Below, in pieces: positions 60,677 to 64,000 of a stretch of DNA of 64,000 nucleotides. How positions within the stretch are numbered: the stretch's first letter is position 1; each line of letters starts with the position of its first letter. This stretch comes from Utricularia gibba (Eukaryota; Plantae; Magnoliophyta): positions 3,844,001 to 3,908,000 of the forward strand of contig NEEC01000002.1 in NCBI GenBank assembly GCA_002189035.1, written 5' to 3'. Position numbers and translations under genes: made by a program. Below the pieces are notes generated by a model that was not told where the DNA came from, ran no database searches, and saw only the letters and a program-made list of their open reading frames with translations.

Positions 60677-63600
60677 ATGTTCATTAGTATGTCTATCCTT
60701 CTTTATTGGATAGAGAGTTGTGTCTCTCTTACTCCTTTGAAAGCTTCTAGATTGAATGTATCAATTCTAGTATACCAAGCAAATGGTACTTGTTTGAGGC
60801 CATACAAGGCTCAGGGAAGCAAGAACACTTTACCTTCCTCCCCCTACTTGACAAAGCCCAGAGATTGTTGAACATATACTTCTTCTTTTAGTTTTTCATT
60901 TAAGATAGCACTTTTGACATCTAGGTGAAAGATATCTGATAAACGAAAATTCCTAATGTCGTTGCAAAAATAGAAAATTCGTTATCAAATAAATTTATAA
61001 TCCCTAATTTACACAAAATATAAATTTAGAAAACTTGTATAGTAGATGTCGGGGTCGATCACGAAGAGGCTGTGCTTGCTAAGTGTTTTAGTAAATGCAT
61101 AATTCAGAATAATAGTAAGTCTTAGTCTAAGCTCGGACTAACATGGTAAACAAGTTCAGTAAACAAGGTAGGTAGGCAATATCAGATCTCAACGCTAAAG
61201 GTCACAGGTACTGGTTCTAACTTAGAATAATACGAAGACGCCTTAAGGATCTGTAGGTGGTGTTATGCTAAGGTTCCTAACTTAATTTAAGATCTTCTTA
61301 CACTCGCAACTTCAAATAACCTAAGATCTTTTTGGCAAAGCTAGTCCCCAATATCATAACCAACATTGCAATTAGGTCTACCCGCATGCAAATCATATAG
61401 AACTAGGTTTACCCGATTCTACTGGTTCTACCCTGGACTAAAACCGACTGCTCTCATCTTGGTTTGTTGGTCTACCTCTAAACCAAGCATCTAAGCTGTG
61501 AAGCTACTTGTTTCCCTCCTTAGGTCTACCCATGGTTTGTTAGAAACAAGAGTTAAGGAACACACATAAATTTCATCATCAACCCTAAGCACACACCACC
61601 TTAAGACATCCCTAACACACATAAATTTCATCATCAACCCTAAGCACACATAAATTTCATCATCAACCTTAAGACATCCCTAACACTTTAGCCGCTCATG
61701 CTTGGGAAATTAAACACGATTTCATTCATATAAGCTAGCGAAAATAGCCGAAACATGGTAAGCTAGTCTGGTACAAAACTAGAAATGTTCAAAAAACTAG
61801 AAGCAAATAAAGTTTGTTCTTTCGCCTAGTTGCTACTATTCACAGCCCGGAACAGTAGCACTGGAGTGGGCTCTGGTGCTGCTCTTTGTGATGAAGGCCT
61901 TCTTCCCCCCTTCTGGTTGGTGTTTTTCACGTTGGGCAAGAAGCCCCCCTTGCATCCCCTCGATGTAGCTTGTTCGCTATCCCCCCCCTCCCCCCCCACC
62001 CCCTGCTATTCCCGCTCTCTCTCATTTTCCAAATAAATTTTCCCCTCTGCTTAACTCCATCGCACTGTGCCTGACTGCCAGCACTATTCTTGACTACCAG
62101 CACTGTTCCTGACCTGAACTTGCAGATTGCAGGTGCCGGCAGAATAGTGCTCTTTGTCCTTCTCCGGAATTTGCGTCCTTTTTTACTTGTTCCACACGTT
62201 TGCAAGTCTAATTCTCAACTGATCTCCCTGCTGAACTTACTGAAATATTAGTAACAAGGGTTGTGGAATAAATCTTTTGATTTAGTCCACATTTTAACAT
62301 AAACACACAAAATTAACTTAAACACACATAAACATTAGAAAACCACATTTATCTAACCTAAACCATAATAAAATATAAGTATTTTATATTATAAAATTCA
62401 GGGAAAATGTGTGTCATCAATATCTCAATGATTGTAGATAACTAAAGAAATCAGAAGTTTTATGGTGTCCAAGCGTTTAACTGGAGAAAGGTCTCACTAA
62501 AGTCAATTCTAGGTAATTGTGAATATACTTGAGCAATCAACTAGCTTTCAAATTTTTTATATTTAGTCTAAATTTAATTTGGTGTAAAAAAAATCCATTT
62601 GACTCCTATTATCTTCCACTTGTTTGGCTTGGAAACCAATTGCTATGTCTAATTCTTTCAATAGACTGAATTTCAAATTCCATTGCTGCTTTTCAATTAG
62701 GATCTTGGTAGACTACATCCCAAAGTGTTGGTTCTTGAGCAAATAAGCATGTTGCATACATCTCACTAATATCTCTATAACCTTTTACATGTACTTATCA
62801 TCTGTATGAATTTTAGAAGGTTCCGTTTCAGCATTCTGCTTAGCTTGTGTATCATCATCCAAGTGTGGTTGAAATCTATCAAATTTGCTGCAGCTCATCC
62901 AATTGGGTGTCATTACTAGCTAGAAAGAGTTCTTTACTGAGGTTATTCCATGAGTATGAGCTAAGAATATTTTTAAGAGTACAATCTCGATCTATTCTCT
63001 CATCTACAAGAATATGTCTTTGAGAAGTCACTGTAACCCAAGAAGATTCTTCTTCCAGTCAATTTATCAAGTTTTCCTTGTTTGTTTTTTTTTGTAATAT
63101 GTATAAAAGAGAGTTTCCCAAAAACTCTCAGATGCTTTTCCTTAGGAGGTGTCTGGTGCAAAGCTTAATAAGGAGTCTTATTTCGCAATGAAGATATAGC
63201 ACATTAATCGAGATAGGTTTTTCTTAAAAACCACACATCAGCTCATGTTTATAACTATCTGATTTTTTCTTTTCGAGGTTTCATTTTGCTAACGTGTATA
63301 TGGCATTGTTAGTCATGCTTGATGCTCTGGGAATTACATAGTGTAACCAACTCAATTGGTGAGTATTCCCCCTCTGTTTTTTGTTCATAGCTTAAGAATC
63401 CTTTCCTTAGTTTGATTTTTCACTATAGCCTTAAATAGCTTGAAATGGTTTAGAGCTTGTGATCTATGGTGCAAAAGAAATATCCAACCATATTTAGTGA
63501 AGTCATCAATGAACAATAGAAAGTAACGATTATCACTCGAAGTTTCATAGTTCATTGGTCCACACACATCTGAATGTACCAATTCTAGCCTTTTGGTTCT

Positions 63601-64000
63601 ACTTGAAGTTTGTGTGTCAAAGGAAAATCTGTTCAATTTTTCTTGCTTACAAATTGAGCATATTTCTTCTTGGTATTTCAATTCAGAGATTCATTCAACT
63701 AGATTGTTTCTCTTCATGTGGAGGAAATTTTTCTTGCAGTTATGCCCAAACCTTTGATGCCTCATAGTTTCCATCGTAAGGCTACTCAAACTGATATCTT
63801 TCCTAATTTCAACAAAAAATGTGATAGGATATACTCTATGTTATCTCTCAACTTTGAAGAGTATATTTTGCATTAAGTCTTGCGTAGTAATAATGGTACT
63901 TTAATATGTGTAGAAAATATCTTGGTCATGTAGTTGTCCATTACTGATAAGTTTGTGATGAACTCCTAGAACATAGTATACACATGTAATCATTTTTCCG
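60677..64000 (-). mobile_element. Degenerate copia (Ale/Ivana-like) INT-RT, interrupted by a solo LTR and running off the right edge
   Basis: LELVHSDVCGPM and FIDDFTKYGWI (63385-63681), FAQEP...WKAAM-like and IIGVKWIF (~62600-62760), FHLDVKSA and ALYGLKQ (60780-60936). Confidence 0.82.
60937..62419 (-). repeat. Athila family X solo LTR, copy 3 (1483 bp)
   Basis: TG...CA termini with TSD ATATC at 60932-60936 and 62420-62424, inserted in copia RT. Confidence 0.92.

Noticed and set aside
53034-62419. Apparent intact LTR element bounded by family X copies 2 and 3
   Set aside because: Copy 3 has its own ATATC TSD, and the PBS of copy 2 points leftward, away from the interval.
1-64000. tRNA, rRNA, known miRNA, CRISPR or organellar insertions
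   Set aside because: The only tRNA-like matches are 12-18 nt primer binding sites next to LTRs. No arrays or organellar genes were seen, and the DNA is eukaryotic.

Overview
This is plant (angiosperm) nuclear DNA with one recognisable host gene. That gene is a minus-strand RAV/NGATHA-like B3 repressor (NGAL/ABS2 type, about 1.2-2.4 kb) with an RLFGV repression motif in exon 2. From about 4.3 kb to the end, the window is a nest of decayed transposons: Ty1/copia remnants (Ale-, Ivana-, Angela- and Tork-like), Ty3/gypsy elements (one Tat/Retand with both LTRs and a TSD, two Athila-like, several solo or partial LTRs), two hAT transposase remnants, a hAT-type MITE end and a Tourist MITE. Three observations stand out. 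(1) A 5-exon pseudogene at 33.3-35.5 kb joins a transposon-type Transposase_28-like domain to a plant NIF/FCP1-like HAD phosphatase domain through phase-compatible introns. (2) A copia element at 4331-18391 keeps direct LTRs, PPT and a CAACT TSD, but its ~13 kb interior is inverted. (3) The Retand element carries a spliced antisense gene with its own TATA box and the same Transposase_28-like motif. All alignments, domain and lineage calls were made by eye from sequence and remembered motifs; no database searches were run.
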